Source of the DNA: Candidatus Levyibacteriota bacterium
Lineage (GTDB): Bacteria > Patescibacteriota > Microgenomatia > Levybacterales > UBA12049
DNA length: 64,000 bases
Reading direction: 5' to 3'
NCBI GenBank assembly: GCA_016432345.1
Contig: CP066685.1
Coordinates: forward strand, 624,236-688,235
Shown: positions 8,702 to 17,241 of the stretch, piece by piece
How positions within the stretch are numbered: the first letter of the stretch is position 1
Layout: the number at the start of each line of letters is the position of its first letter
Program-made: the position numbers and the translations under genes
The notes under the pieces: model-generated
The model's input: only the letters and a program-made list of their open reading frames with translations
What the model was told of the DNA's origin: nothing
Database searches by the model: none

Positions 8702-10896
8702 GCAAAACACAAACAACAAACCTACCAGTAAAAAGAGGCAGAGGCAGACCACGCAAAACTGACCAACCAGTAACTCAATCTGTTATTCGTAAACGAACAC
8801 CAATTACCAAAGAAGTAGTCGAAAACTTTAATTCTTTTCGGATGACCGGGGTATTAAAAGAACAAGTACAGCTTTTAGAACATCAAAAAAGTTACGAAGA
8901 AAATGAACTCTTAAAACTCAAGCGGGAATATGAGCTGATTAAAAAGAGGAATGAAGGACTAGAAACCATTGAAAAGCACTTCTTCAACGGAGAATCGAAA
9001 ATCCCTCATAATGCCATTACAAATGTCCTAAAACAGGAGATTAAAAGACTGATGGGCATTGTTACTACTCAGGAGGAAATCATTAAAAAAGAGCCGTTTA
9101 TGACTACCAGGGTTCCACTTCTGCAAAAACCCAGTTTTATTAAAACCAGGCATCCTATTAAGTTAGTCAAAAACTTCTTTAAATTCCAGAAAGAATTAAA
9201 AGACTATGAAAAAGCAGTGTTAAATTCTTCCCAAGTACCATTCCATTTAACTTTAGAGAAAAATGGTGAAGGAATACATCTTGATAACGATTCCGGCAAA
9301 TCATACAAAAGCGAATACATTAAAGAACGTAATGCATATATTGAAGTTGGAGAAAAACTCAAGCGGTTTTATTATCTGGCTGACATTCCAGCCTACTTAT
9401 CCCCATATATTTTCTTTCGGCTTTTAACTTCATCCTTGCCTTTTACCTTGAGTATCTTTATCGAGCCATCCCCAAGCAGTGAGCTGCTTAAAAAAGCCAG
9501 ACAAAGGCAATCTGTGTTAGAAGTCCAGCAAAACGAACGGGTGAGGAGTGGCAAAATTAGAGATCAGCAGATTGATAAAAATATTGAGGAAGTCACTGCT
9601 TTTATTGATGAACTCATCCATGAAGCAGAAAAAGGTGTGGTGTATTCGCTCTACTTGCAGCTTGAAGCACAAGATGAAAAAGAATTAGCCAACCTTCATA
9701 AACAACTGCAAAACTTAACCAGTTCAATGGATGTAACTTTTAACCAATACACCTTTGCCCAAAAAAGAGCATTTAAAAACTTTCTGCCCTTTACCCAGGA
9801 TCATTTGCAGGAAAACAGGATTTTACAATCAACAGCAGTTTCCTACATGCTGCCCTTTGTCTCAAAACAGCTTCAAGATCCAAAAGGAATTTTTATGGGA
9901 GTAAATACCTACAATAATTCCTTAGTCTTCCTTGATCCTTTTACCTCTCGGAATAACAACGTTAATATCTTTGGAGTTTCAGGATCTGGAAAAAGTGTCA
10001 CCGCTAAAATACTGATGAACAGATTATATATGCGGGGAGTTCAGATTATTGTGATTGACCCAGAAGGTGAATATGTGTCACTTGCCAAAGCTTTAGGCGG
10101 TGAAGTCATTCAATTCTCCAGAGAGAATGGCATTAATCCATTCTATATCCAATCTTCCAAAGAAAATGATATCTTAGACCATATTTCAACGCTTAAAACC
10201 TTTTTTAAATTCTTTATTCCACCGTCCCATTATGATGGATCGTTGTTGGATGAAAAATTAATTGAACTGTACGACAATGGCACACCGCATTTTGATAATC
10301 TTTTAAAACTTTTAAGGAAAAGCCCAATGAAACAGGATTTAAGCGTGCTCTCAACTGGAAGTTTGCGGGGAGTCTTTAACTCCAATAGAAAATTAGAACT
10401 GGATTCAGACATCATTGTTTTAGATTTACATGATTTGAAAAAAGACGAGAAACGTGATCCGGCCATGTATTTACTCACTTCTTTGATCTGGAACTTAGTC
10501 AACAAAAACAATGACAGAAAACGGATGTTATTTATTGATGAAGCTCACAAACTGTTAGTTGATCCAGAAGTAGCGATATTTTACCGAGAATTAGTAAAGC
10601 AGGCCAGAAAAAGAAATGTGGGAGTTGTATCAGTCACCCAGGATGTGGAAGACTTTTTGCATAATGAATATGGTAAAGCCATTATCACCAACTCCGAAAC
10701 AAAGATACTTTTGAAACAATCTTATGCTGCATTATCTGAAATCGGCACCATTTATCCGATGACTGATGAGGAAAGATCTCAACTAGGACATCTAGAAATA
10801 GGTGAGGTATTTCTATTTCGGGAAGGAGAGCATATTCGGCTCAATGTGTTAGTGCTGCCGTTTGAAAAACCTCTGGTATTTTCTAACCTTGAGTAA
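8698..10896 (+). CDS. virB4: VirB4/TraC/PrgJ-family conjugation ATPase
   Basis: 732 aa. Walker [20 protein letters not shown], Walker B MLFIDEAHKLL, VSVTQDVEDF. The N-terminus carries KRGRGRPRK (AT-hook-like) and a long coiled-coil-like Lys/Glu-rich stretch. Confidence 0.9.
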   Translation: MSKTQTTNLPVKRGRGRPRKTDQPVTQSVIRKRTPITKEVVENFNSFRMTGVLKEQVQLLEHQKSYEENELLKLKREYELIKKRNEGLETIEKHFFNGESKIPHNAITNVLKQEIKRLMGIVTTQEEIIKKEPFMTTRVPLLQKPSFIKTRHPIKLVKNFFKFQKELKDYEKAVLNSSQVPFHLTLEKNGEGIHLDNDSGKSYKSEYIKERNAYIEVGEKLKRFYYLADIPAYLSPYIFFRLLTSSLPFTLSIFIEPSPSSELLKKARQRQSVLEVQQNERVRSGKIRDQQIDKNIEEVTAFIDELIHEAEKGVVYSLYLQLEAQDEKELANLHKQLQNLTSSMDVTFNQYTFAQKRAFKNFLPFTQDHLQENRILQSTAVSYMLPFVSKQLQDPKGIFMGVNTYNNSLVFLDPFTSRNNNVNIFGVSGSGKSVTAKILMNRLYMRGVQIIVIDPEGEYVSLAKALGGEVIQFSRENGINPFYIQSSKENDILDHISTLKTFFKFFIPPSHYDGSLLDEKLIELYDNGTPHFDNLLKLLRKSPMKQDLSVLSTGSLRGVFNSNRKLELDSDIIVLDLHDLKKDEKRDPAMYLLTSLIWNLVNKNNDRKRMLFIDEAHKLLVDPEVAIFYRELVKQARKRNVGVVSVTQDVEDFLHNEYGKAIITNSETKILLKQSYAALSEIGTIYPMTDEERSQLGHLEIGEVFLFREGEHIRLNVLVLPFEKPLVFSNLE

Positions 10897-10901
10897 TATG
10901 T

Positions 10902-11687
10902 ATGAAAGTTCTCTCCGTTGCCAACAAAGCTAGACAACTTAAAAACGACCCCATTGGCTTTATTCTTGATAGCCTTATTGCCATTATTGTTAATTTGTTT
11001 ATCCCTATTCCACTAGCTGGAACGCTTGTTTCTGAATTTATCTCTCAATTCAAAGCACCACTCCTTGGGTTATTAGCATCACTAGTGCTGCTGGCTATTT
11101 TTATGATTACCGTAGTTGGCACTATTGTTACTTTACCCATTATTGCCTCCACTGGATTTTTCTCACAAATCTTTTCACCAAACCTTCCTGGTGATAATCC
11201 TTTACATATCCCACCAGACACCAGTTTTGTAGCAACCAATGTGCCAAAACAAAACCCTTTTGGTGGATCAGGTATGTCATACACTACTACCACAGCCTAT
11301 TTTATGGATCCAGATTACTATCTTAAATTTGGTAAAAATCATATGGGTATTGATTTTATCCCTTCGGATGAATACTTTAAAAGCAGTCAAACTTACAAAA
11401 ATACCCAAAAGGTTGTGATTTTTGCTACCATGAATGGGCGTGTGAGGCATTATGTAGATCAATATGGCGGTGAAACAGTGGAAATTACTAACACTGACAA
11501 TTCAGTTAAGGTGTTATATGTTCACTTTAGTATAGTCTTAGTAGAATCTGGCAGTGTAGTACCCGGAACACCAATTGGCATTATGGGAGAAACAGGCTTT
11601 GCTACAGGTGAACATCTGCATTATGAGATACAAACCAAAGATGGTAATAACTGGATAGCAACAAATCCGTTAAATTATATACAATAA
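10902..11687 (+). CDS. membrane-anchored M23 (LytM-type) peptidoglycan hydrolase
   Basis: 261 aa with N-terminal TM helices. M23 motifs HMGIDF and GETGFATGEHLHYEI. It occupies the place of a VirB1-type cell-wall hydrolase. Confidence 0.85.
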   Translation: MKVLSVANKARQLKNDPIGFILDSLIAIIVNLFIPIPLAGTLVSEFISQFKAPLLGLLASLVLLAIFMITVVGTIVTLPIIASTGFFSQIFSPNLPGDNPLHIPPDTSFVATNVPKQNPFGGSGMSYTTTTAYFMDPDYYLKFGKNHMGIDFIPSDEYFKSSQTYKNTQKVVIFATMNGRVRHYVDQYGGETVEITNTDNSVKVLYVHFSIVLVESGSVVPGTPIGIMGETGFATGEHLHYEIQTKDGNNWIATNPLNYIQ

Positions 11688-11691
11688 ACGT

Positions 11692-12480
11692 ATGGAGAAT
11701 GACAAAAATACACTAACAAAAAAACAAAGACGAGTATTTCAGCTAGGAGTATTTATTCTTCTGGTGCTTTTTATGATTGGCTTTTTCTTCTTTAATCAGA
11801 AAAAAGAAGAGCAACCTACATTAAAAAATACCACCGTGTATTTACAAGATGATAAATTGAAGGTATTTGACGATGCTTATTCCTTTGAGTATCCGGATCG
11901 GATGTCGCTTCATTATCCATACTTTTTAGTGATTAAGCCTGGTATCCAGACAACGTATATTTACAATCTTGAACAAAAGAAAAAGGAAAAAGAGGTCAAA
12001 GAAGTATTACTGGATTATTCAACTATTGGTCAGTTATATACCAAAGGCAAAACAACATTTCTAAATAACCAAGATTTAGGAGTACTTTGTGAGAAAGGCT
12101 TTATTAAAAGCACTGATGATGTGCTTTGCTTAACAAAATATGATGTTAATGCAGTACAAAATATGTTAATTACTATTAATCTCAAAACCTTAAAAAACAG
12201 GGATTTGTATGTTTCCAGAGGCATTCTTTCTGATGTAAAGGTGATTAATGACAAAATATATTTAGGCGAAATTGATACCCATACCCACAAAAACCATATT
12301 TTAGTAGATAAAGAGCCTATTGGCGTTCCTAACATTATATCTACAATCTATGAGATGAATGGAAAACCATATTTTGCCTCCTTTAAAAGCGAATTAAATA
12401 ACAATACAGAAAGTTATTATTTAATTGAAAATGATAAAGTTACAAAACAAAAAGGAAATAGGATTTATTTGTTTAAATAG
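11692..12480 (+). CDS. hypothetical N-terminally anchored protein, last gene of the T4SS-like operon
   Basis: 262 aa with a single N-terminal TM helix (VFQLGVFILLVLFMIGFFFF) and a beta-rich-looking ectodomain. No catalytic motif. Confidence 0.5.
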   Translation: MENDKNTLTKKQRRVFQLGVFILLVLFMIGFFFFNQKKEEQPTLKNTTVYLQDDKLKVFDDAYSFEYPDRMSLHYPYFLVIKPGIQTTYIYNLEQKKKEKEVKEVLLDYSTIGQLYTKGKTTFLNNQDLGVLCEKGFIKSTDDVLCLTKYDVNAVQNMLITINLKTLKNRDLYVSRGILSDVKVINDKIYLGEIDTHTHKNHILVDKEPIGVPNIISTIYEMNGKPYFASFKSELNNNTESYYLIENDKVTKQKGNRIYLFK

Positions 12481-12759
12481 AGAGGATTCTGAATACCAGT
12501 TAATCCACATACATTTTTAGGAGCAGACGATCCACCTATATAACCAAGGTTTAAAAAATATGTAACTTTTGATATGTCTATAGAAAATACTGTTTATAAA
12601 ATCCAGGACATTGATCTCCTGAAAAACATGAGACGCTATGCTTTAAGAATATCCCATCATCCAAAAGAAAACTCTCAATTAGAGAAAATTTTAAATCAAA
12701 TTCTCTCCGCCCTCAAATTCACGCAGTAAATTTTTGGAGAAATTTTTTGTACCTCTTTC

Positions 12760-13602
12760 TTAGCTTACTAATGCAAGAGCTTCTTCCCATCCTGTATAAG
12801 TAGGTGTCTCTGCTGTATCGACTACTTGTTGCATCGGGATATTTCTTGCTCTAAATAAAAACTGTATCAGCTCATCTTCTCTCGGTAAATTAGATTTAAT
12901 AGAAACAATAATAGCATCTCTTCTGTAGGGATCAATACTAATAGAATATACTCTACCGTCATATCTATACCCTCCACCTCCTAAAACAACATCTGTTTTC
13001 TCAATCGAAAGACCACTAGTAACTCCTCTTTCGGGCGGAATAAAAGTGAGACGGACTCTATTATCAAAACTATTAGTTCTTGGGTCAAAATGTGGAAGAC
13101 AATTTATCAAATAGTCCAACCTCCCTAATTCCCCACCTTTACGTTTTCTTACCGCAAACTTCTTAATACGTGTTGGGTCTTTCTCATCATATTCAACTCT
13201 TGTCGCAAATACGAAATCTCCCTTTTGTTTTTGCATGGTAAAAAAGACCGTGCTTTCTTTTCTTTGAGTTCCCAATACAGGCACACTACGAACTTCTAAA
13301 ATTTCCCTTGACAAGAAAGGACTTGAAGCCATCTCTCGCGTAATCTTAACTCTTGTTGGGAAAATATTTTCTTCCGCATATCTCGAAAAATCCCTAAATG
13401 GACCGTTATCGGGTCTTTCTTCTATAATTCTTTCTAAAGTGACATTTTTTGAACCAGGTCTAATAACCCTATCTACTCTTCGATCATGGCTTAGGGGTCT
13501 GACTTGCCAAGAGGATTCAACATTTCCATGTACAACAATAAGTGAAGAAGGGTTATGTTGATCGGCATGGTATAGTCCAAAACCATATTTTCGTCGTTCC
13601 AT
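12760..13602 (-). CDS. hypothetical soluble protein (orphan)
   Basis: 280-aa ORF, Arg/Glu/Pro-rich, with no TM helix or signal peptide and no recognisable motif. Confidence 0.5.
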   Translation of the reverse strand: MERRKYGFGLYHADQHNPSSLIVVHGNVESSWQVRPLSHDRRVDRVIRPGSKNVTLERIIEERPDNGPFRDFSRYAEENIFPTRVKITREMASSPFLSREILEVRSVPVLGTQRKESTVFFTMQKQKGDFVFATRVEYDEKDPTRIKKFAVRKRKGGELGRLDYLINCLPHFDPRTNSFDNRVRLTFIPPERGVTSGLSIEKTDVVLGGGGYRYDGRVYSISIDPYRRDAIIVSIKSNLPREDELIQFLFRARNIPMQQVVDTAETPTYTGWEEALALVS

Positions 13603-13704
13603 GAAAAGAAGTATAGCAAAATAAAATTTAATTTACAACTATAGGGTAGATTCGTAATACGTCAGGAGCTTAGTTTAAATCAGCTTCAAAAGCTAGCTCA
13701 TAAA

Positions 13705-14370
13705 TTAGTGAGTAATCTTTTGATACACCTCTTCCCAATTATTAGCTATCTGTAATTGTGCTTGTTGTAAGATTATTTTTCCAGTACATACTTGGCTACG
13801 TAAATAATTTTCTACTTTATCTTTTTCTCTAGCATTTAAATTAGCATTATATGGTTCTGGCCAAAGATTAGCTTCAGAGGTTGGGCTACCGCCTAGTTCT
13901 AAGGAAATTAAATGATCTTCTTCATAATCTTTAGGATTAGTATCAGAATAACCATATTCCTGAATTTGTTGAATTTTCAAATTGTTAGTGTAAGTTACAG
14001 ATGGCCTAACGGTTTTTGTATAACCAGAAACACAAATTGTTGATTGAATATTATCCTGAGTAACTTTTGGATCAATATCTCCTGGAGTACATGCCTTATC
14101 TGGTAATCCATTAGTAGATATACATCCGGTAGTTTTAATTCTTTTACCAATTGTTAAACTAGGTGTAGCAGATGGTGATGCTCCTTGTTGGTTACTAATT
14201 GGTGTAGGTGTTGGCTGAGTAACTTGAGGGTTAGTTTGTTTATTCTTAGAAACTAGAAATATAACTAAAGTAATTAAAATTAATACTCCAATTACATACA
14301 ATATTCTTCTATCAGATGACTTTCTCATTTCAATTGAAGGATATCTGTATCCTGGCTGATTATTATCCAT
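13705..14370 (-). CDS. membrane-anchored extracytoplasmic HNH-type nuclease
   Basis: 221 aa. N-terminal TM helix (ILYVIGVLILITLVIFLV), a Pro/Thr/Ser linker, then YEEDHLISLELGGSPTSEANLWPEP, a His-Me/HNH-like signature. Confidence 0.65.
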   Translation of the reverse strand: MDNNQPGYRYPSIEMRKSSDRRILYVIGVLILITLVIFLVSKNKQTNPQVTQPTPTPISNQQGASPSATPSLTIGKRIKTTGCISTNGLPDKACTPGDIDPKVTQDNIQSTICVSGYTKTVRPSVTYTNNLKIQQIQEYGYSDTNPKDYEEDHLISLELGGSPTSEANLWPEPYNANLNAREKDKVENYLRSQVCTGKIILQQAQLQIANNWEEVYQKITH

Positions 14371-14519
14371 AAAACCTAGGCAGGTTTATATAAATTTTAT
14401 CAGAAAAATTGTTCAGAAGATACTTAAGTATTTTATTAATGAAATTCTTTAAAAAGCGACAGCGAAGCTGTAAAATTAATAATTTGGCTAAAACAGCTAA
14501 ATTTTTGTATAATGAGGAT

Positions 14520-14729
14520 ATGAATGCACAACAGAGAGTTGGAAAAAAGCTCAAAAAGGTAAGAAAAGAAAAGGGATTAAGACAGGTTGATATGGCTAAA
14601 AAGATAGATTGCTCTTCCAACTGGTACGCTCAGATAGAACAAGGAAAAGTAACTAATCCTGGGTCTTTACTCATGAATAAAATTGCCAATGTGTTAGGTT
14701 TAGATCCTTCAGAAGTAGTTTTTGTTTAA
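14520..14729 (+). CDS. XRE-family helix-turn-helix regulator
   Basis: The tracked ORF starts at 14409. The HTH core (VGKKLKKVRKEKGLRQVDMAKKIDCSSNWYAQIEQGK) begins at the internal ATG at 14520, giving 69 aa. Confidence 0.8.
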   Translation: MNAQQRVGKKLKKVRKEKGLRQVDMAKKIDCSSNWYAQIEQGKVTNPGSLLMNKIANVLGLDPSEVVFV

Positions 14730-14911
14730 TTTGTAAGTTTTTTCTCTGACTCTTCAACCAATTCTTTTAATGCTTTGGCAATATCACCAGAAACTTCCGG
14801 CAGCATATTTAAGATTCTGATTGCTCTTTCTCTGGTTGCCCAGGCAGGATTAATTTTTTTGATCTTTTCAATCATTGCCTGTATTTGTTCTTCCGTATAA
14901 TTTTTATCCAT
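14726..14911 (-). CDS. hypothetical small protein
   Basis: 61-aa ORF directly downstream of the PLD nuclease gene on the same strand. No motif. Confidence 0.35.
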   Translation of the reverse strand: MDKNYTEEQIQAMIEKIKKINPAWATRERAIRILNMLPEVSGDIAKALKELVEESEKKLTN

Positions 14912-14940
14912 AGTAATTCTTCTGCGATTATAGCACTTTT

Positions 14941-15408
14941 TTATAAAATCTTGCCTAGTTTTAAAAAATTGAGCATTTCCAAAGCTAAACTCCTGTCTTC
15001 TATCCTTCTCATTACTTCTAGACTCTTTGTTTGAGACAAAATATTTAAACTGCCCTCGTATAGTATATTTCTGTCAATTATCGCCAGTTTCCTGTGATGA
15101 AATCCTTTTAATAATACCATATTTATGCCTATTTCTTGACAGTTTAGTATTTCATTTGTTGCCTGATGCCTCATATATTCATCTTCATGGTCAATAGGAT
15201 CTCTAGTAATAATCGCTACTTTTACCCCATTTTGGATAAGTTTTTCAAAGATTGGATACAACGATTCCATGCGTGAGGCGGTCAAGTATGGACTTTCAAC
15301 AACAAGCTCTTTCTGGCAATTTTTTAAATCCTTTAGAAAAGCTTGATAAAATCCGTTTTCATCAAAGAGGGTAGAGGAGAAAACTGGAGGTTTCCTGAAG
15401 CTAAACAT
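14941..15408 (-). CDS. PLD-family (single HKD) Nuc-like nuclease
   Basis: HKD motif in GFHHRKLAIIDRNILYEGSLNI (H-x-K-x4-D...GS-N). I prefer the ATG at 15408 (MFSFRKPP), which overlaps the upstream stop as AATGTTTAG, over the tracked start at 15468. Confidence 0.8.
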   Translation of the reverse strand: MFSFRKPPVFSSTLFDENGFYQAFLKDLKNCQKELVVESPYLTASRMESLYPIFEKLIQNGVKVAIITRDPIDHEDEYMRHQATNEILNCQEIGINMVLLKGFHHRKLAIIDRNILYEGSLNILSQTKSLEVMRRIEDRSLALEMLNFLKLGKIL

Positions 15409-15619
15409 TAGATTCCTCCTCAGATACTTCAATAATGACGACTTTTCCGTTATAATAGGTAAAGCCAAGATCAGTGAGCTTGTGGTATGTTTGGATCAAA
15501 GAATCAAAAATTTGTTTCCACCCATCCCCGGTATGGCTCACTAAATGATATTTGTGTTTTTGGAGTCTTTTAGCCTCAAGAAATTGCAGATATTTCTTCA
15601 AAATTAAGCCTATAACCAA
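15401..15619 (-). CDS. hypothetical small protein translationally coupled to the PLD nuclease
   Basis: 72 codons from a TTG start that lies inside the tRNA-like remnant. A degenerate copy of its first ~25 codons occurs at ~19175-19250. Confidence 0.4.
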   Translation of the reverse strand: MVIGLILKKYLQFLEAKRLQKHKYHLVSHTGDGWKQIFDSLIQTYHKLTDLGFTYYNGKVVIIEVSEEESNV

Positions 15620-15640
15620 GAGACCGAGCAGGATTCGAAC
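15616..15640 (-). other. tRNA 3'-end-like remnant (T-loop + acceptor 3' strand), copy A
   Basis: The minus strand reads GTTCGAATCCTGCTCGGTCTCTTGG. No matching acceptor 5' strand or D/anticodon arms lie upstream, so this is not a gene. An identical 25-mer is at 19247-19271. Confidence 0.5.
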
Positions 15641-15659
15641 TGCTGATTAGATTGTTCTA

Positions 15660-15830
15660 TCAACCTTTTTCATTTTCAAAGTACGGATCACCAATATCCC
15701 CTTCCCAGTTATCTCCATAAAAATATTGCATTAACCCACAACATAATTTATAAACAAACACTTGTATTCTCTTTAAATCTTCATCTGACAAGTCAGGATA
15801 ATATTTTCGTATTACATCCAATGGCAGCAT
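15660..15830 (-). CDS. conserved 56-aa ORF, copy A
   Basis: Below the ORF-track cutoff. GGAGGTGA RBS 9 nt before the ATG. Sequence MLPLDVIRKYYPDLSDEDLKRIQVFVYKLCCGLMQYFYGDNWEGDIGDPYFENEKG. A same-length paralog at 19291-19461 differs mostly by conservative changes. Confidence 0.55.
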   Translation of the reverse strand: MLPLDVIRKYYPDLSDEDLKRIQVFVYKLCCGLMQYFYGDNWEGDIGDPYFENEKG

Positions 15831-15901
15831 CGTAAAAAATCACCTCCTTTATTTAAGGATGAAAGGACTATCTACTTAGATAGTAATTAAGAATAATATA
15901 C

Positions 15902-17239
15902 ATGTCCCATAGTTTGACACAAAGTTACAAATATGGTAATATTCTCCTCATGTCTCAAGAACAAAGACCTGAAAAGAACATCTGGGATCAAGCTCTTGAA
16001 GGGGTGGACTTCTCTAAACTTGATAAAGGAAAAGAGGGTGAGTACCCCACTATTTCACCTAGAGAAATTTCCGAAGCGTATGAAACTTATCCATTAAAAG
16101 GAGATTTAATGCGCCTTGCTAATGAAAATCTTAAAGAAGCTAGGGCTCAAGCGGAGGGTGCAAAACCAAGAGAAAGAAAAACTCATGATATGGGTTGGGA
16201 ATTGGCTATAGACACTCCTCAAGGTATGGTTGGACTTTGGAGTTGCTGGTTGGGAAATCAATTCTATCTAGGATTTCCTAAATCAACAAGTCGTGTTATG
16301 GATTCGGTTGACACACAAACTGTTATTAGTCTAGGAAATCATCTTAGAATAAATCAATTATCACCAAACGCCCCTTGGTGGCAACGAAAACTGCTTGATT
16401 ATCAAGGCGCTAGAGGTCAATTAGAAGAAATGTCTGATCCTGAATTAAGAGAGGCTTTAAGATTACATAGAGTTCCATTTCGTGATATTCCATTTATTCC
16501 TGTAACTGATGAATTAGTAATACAAACTTTAGGTGTTGAAAGAGCAAAACCTGTAAAACAGGTTAATGCTACTGCGGTAAATGATCCAAATTATCGTGGT
16601 GAGTTTGCAGACCCAGAAAAGCCATTAGAGCAAAATAGAGCAGGACAAATTGTAGGCTATCAAGATGCCGGAGAGAGACAATGGGCTAAATTTTATGGTC
16701 CAATGGAGCCAACAGGCGGTAGAGTTTGGGTTGATTATTCTGGTTTTCATTCTAATGGTATGCACTTCCCATATATAGATGAGCAAGGGCAACTTCAATC
16801 TTTATATTATGGTCATGATAGATCTAATGGAATTTATACCGAACAATTTAGTTTTTATAACCAGTATGCCCCAGAAGGGCCAACTGCTGATCCCGAAGCA
16901 ATCCAAAAATATAGAGATAGATTTATTAGATTGGCTGCTGAAATAGTTTTTATAATGGGCGGTCCAAAAGCTGTAAACATCGATTATGGTTATTCAATGG
17001 TACCCGAGGATTTATACAAAGAAGGTTATGAAGATATAGCTTGGCTAAAAGGAGATTTGGGAGAAAGAAAAGGATGGGGTAACGAGATAGTGAGAGGAAG
17101 AAAAGGTGATGGTACTGTAATCTTAAAGAGTGCTAATAGCTTAGTTCCTTGGTCTACTACTCTCCGTGCCCCTGTCGGAAGGTTGGCTTCTCCAGCAATG
17201 CTTGCAGATTTTATAAAAGAAGATATACTTTGGTTTTAA
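15902..17239 (+). CDS. hypothetical soluble protein (orphan, 445 aa)
   Basis: Long ORF with no TM helix, signal peptide or motif. It diverges from the copy A module. The true start may be the internal MSQEQ. Confidence 0.55.
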   Translation: MSHSLTQSYKYGNILLMSQEQRPEKNIWDQALEGVDFSKLDKGKEGEYPTISPREISEAYETYPLKGDLMRLANENLKEARAQAEGAKPRERKTHDMGWELAIDTPQGMVGLWSCWLGNQFYLGFPKSTSRVMDSVDTQTVISLGNHLRINQLSPNAPWWQRKLLDYQGARGQLEEMSDPELREALRLHRVPFRDIPFIPVTDELVIQTLGVERAKPVKQVNATAVNDPNYRGEFADPEKPLEQNRAGQIVGYQDAGERQWAKFYGPMEPTGGRVWVDYSGFHSNGMHFPYIDEQGQLQSLYYGHDRSNGIYTEQFSFYNQYAPEGPTADPEAIQKYRDRFIRLAAEIVFIMGGPKAVNIDYGYSMVPEDLYKEGYEDIAWLKGDLGERKGWGNEIVRGRKGDGTVILKSANSLVPWSTTLRAPVGRLASPAMLADFIKEDILWF

Positions 17240-17241
17240 TT

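Noticed and set aside
15616-15690. Possibility that the tRNA-like sequences at 15616-15640 and 19247-19271 are intact minus-strand tRNA genes.
   Set aside because: Only the T-loop and acceptor 3' strand are present. No complementary acceptor 5' strand (GAGACCG) or D/anticodon arms lie upstream, the T-stem 5' strand is defective, and that space is occupied by the 56-aa ORF.
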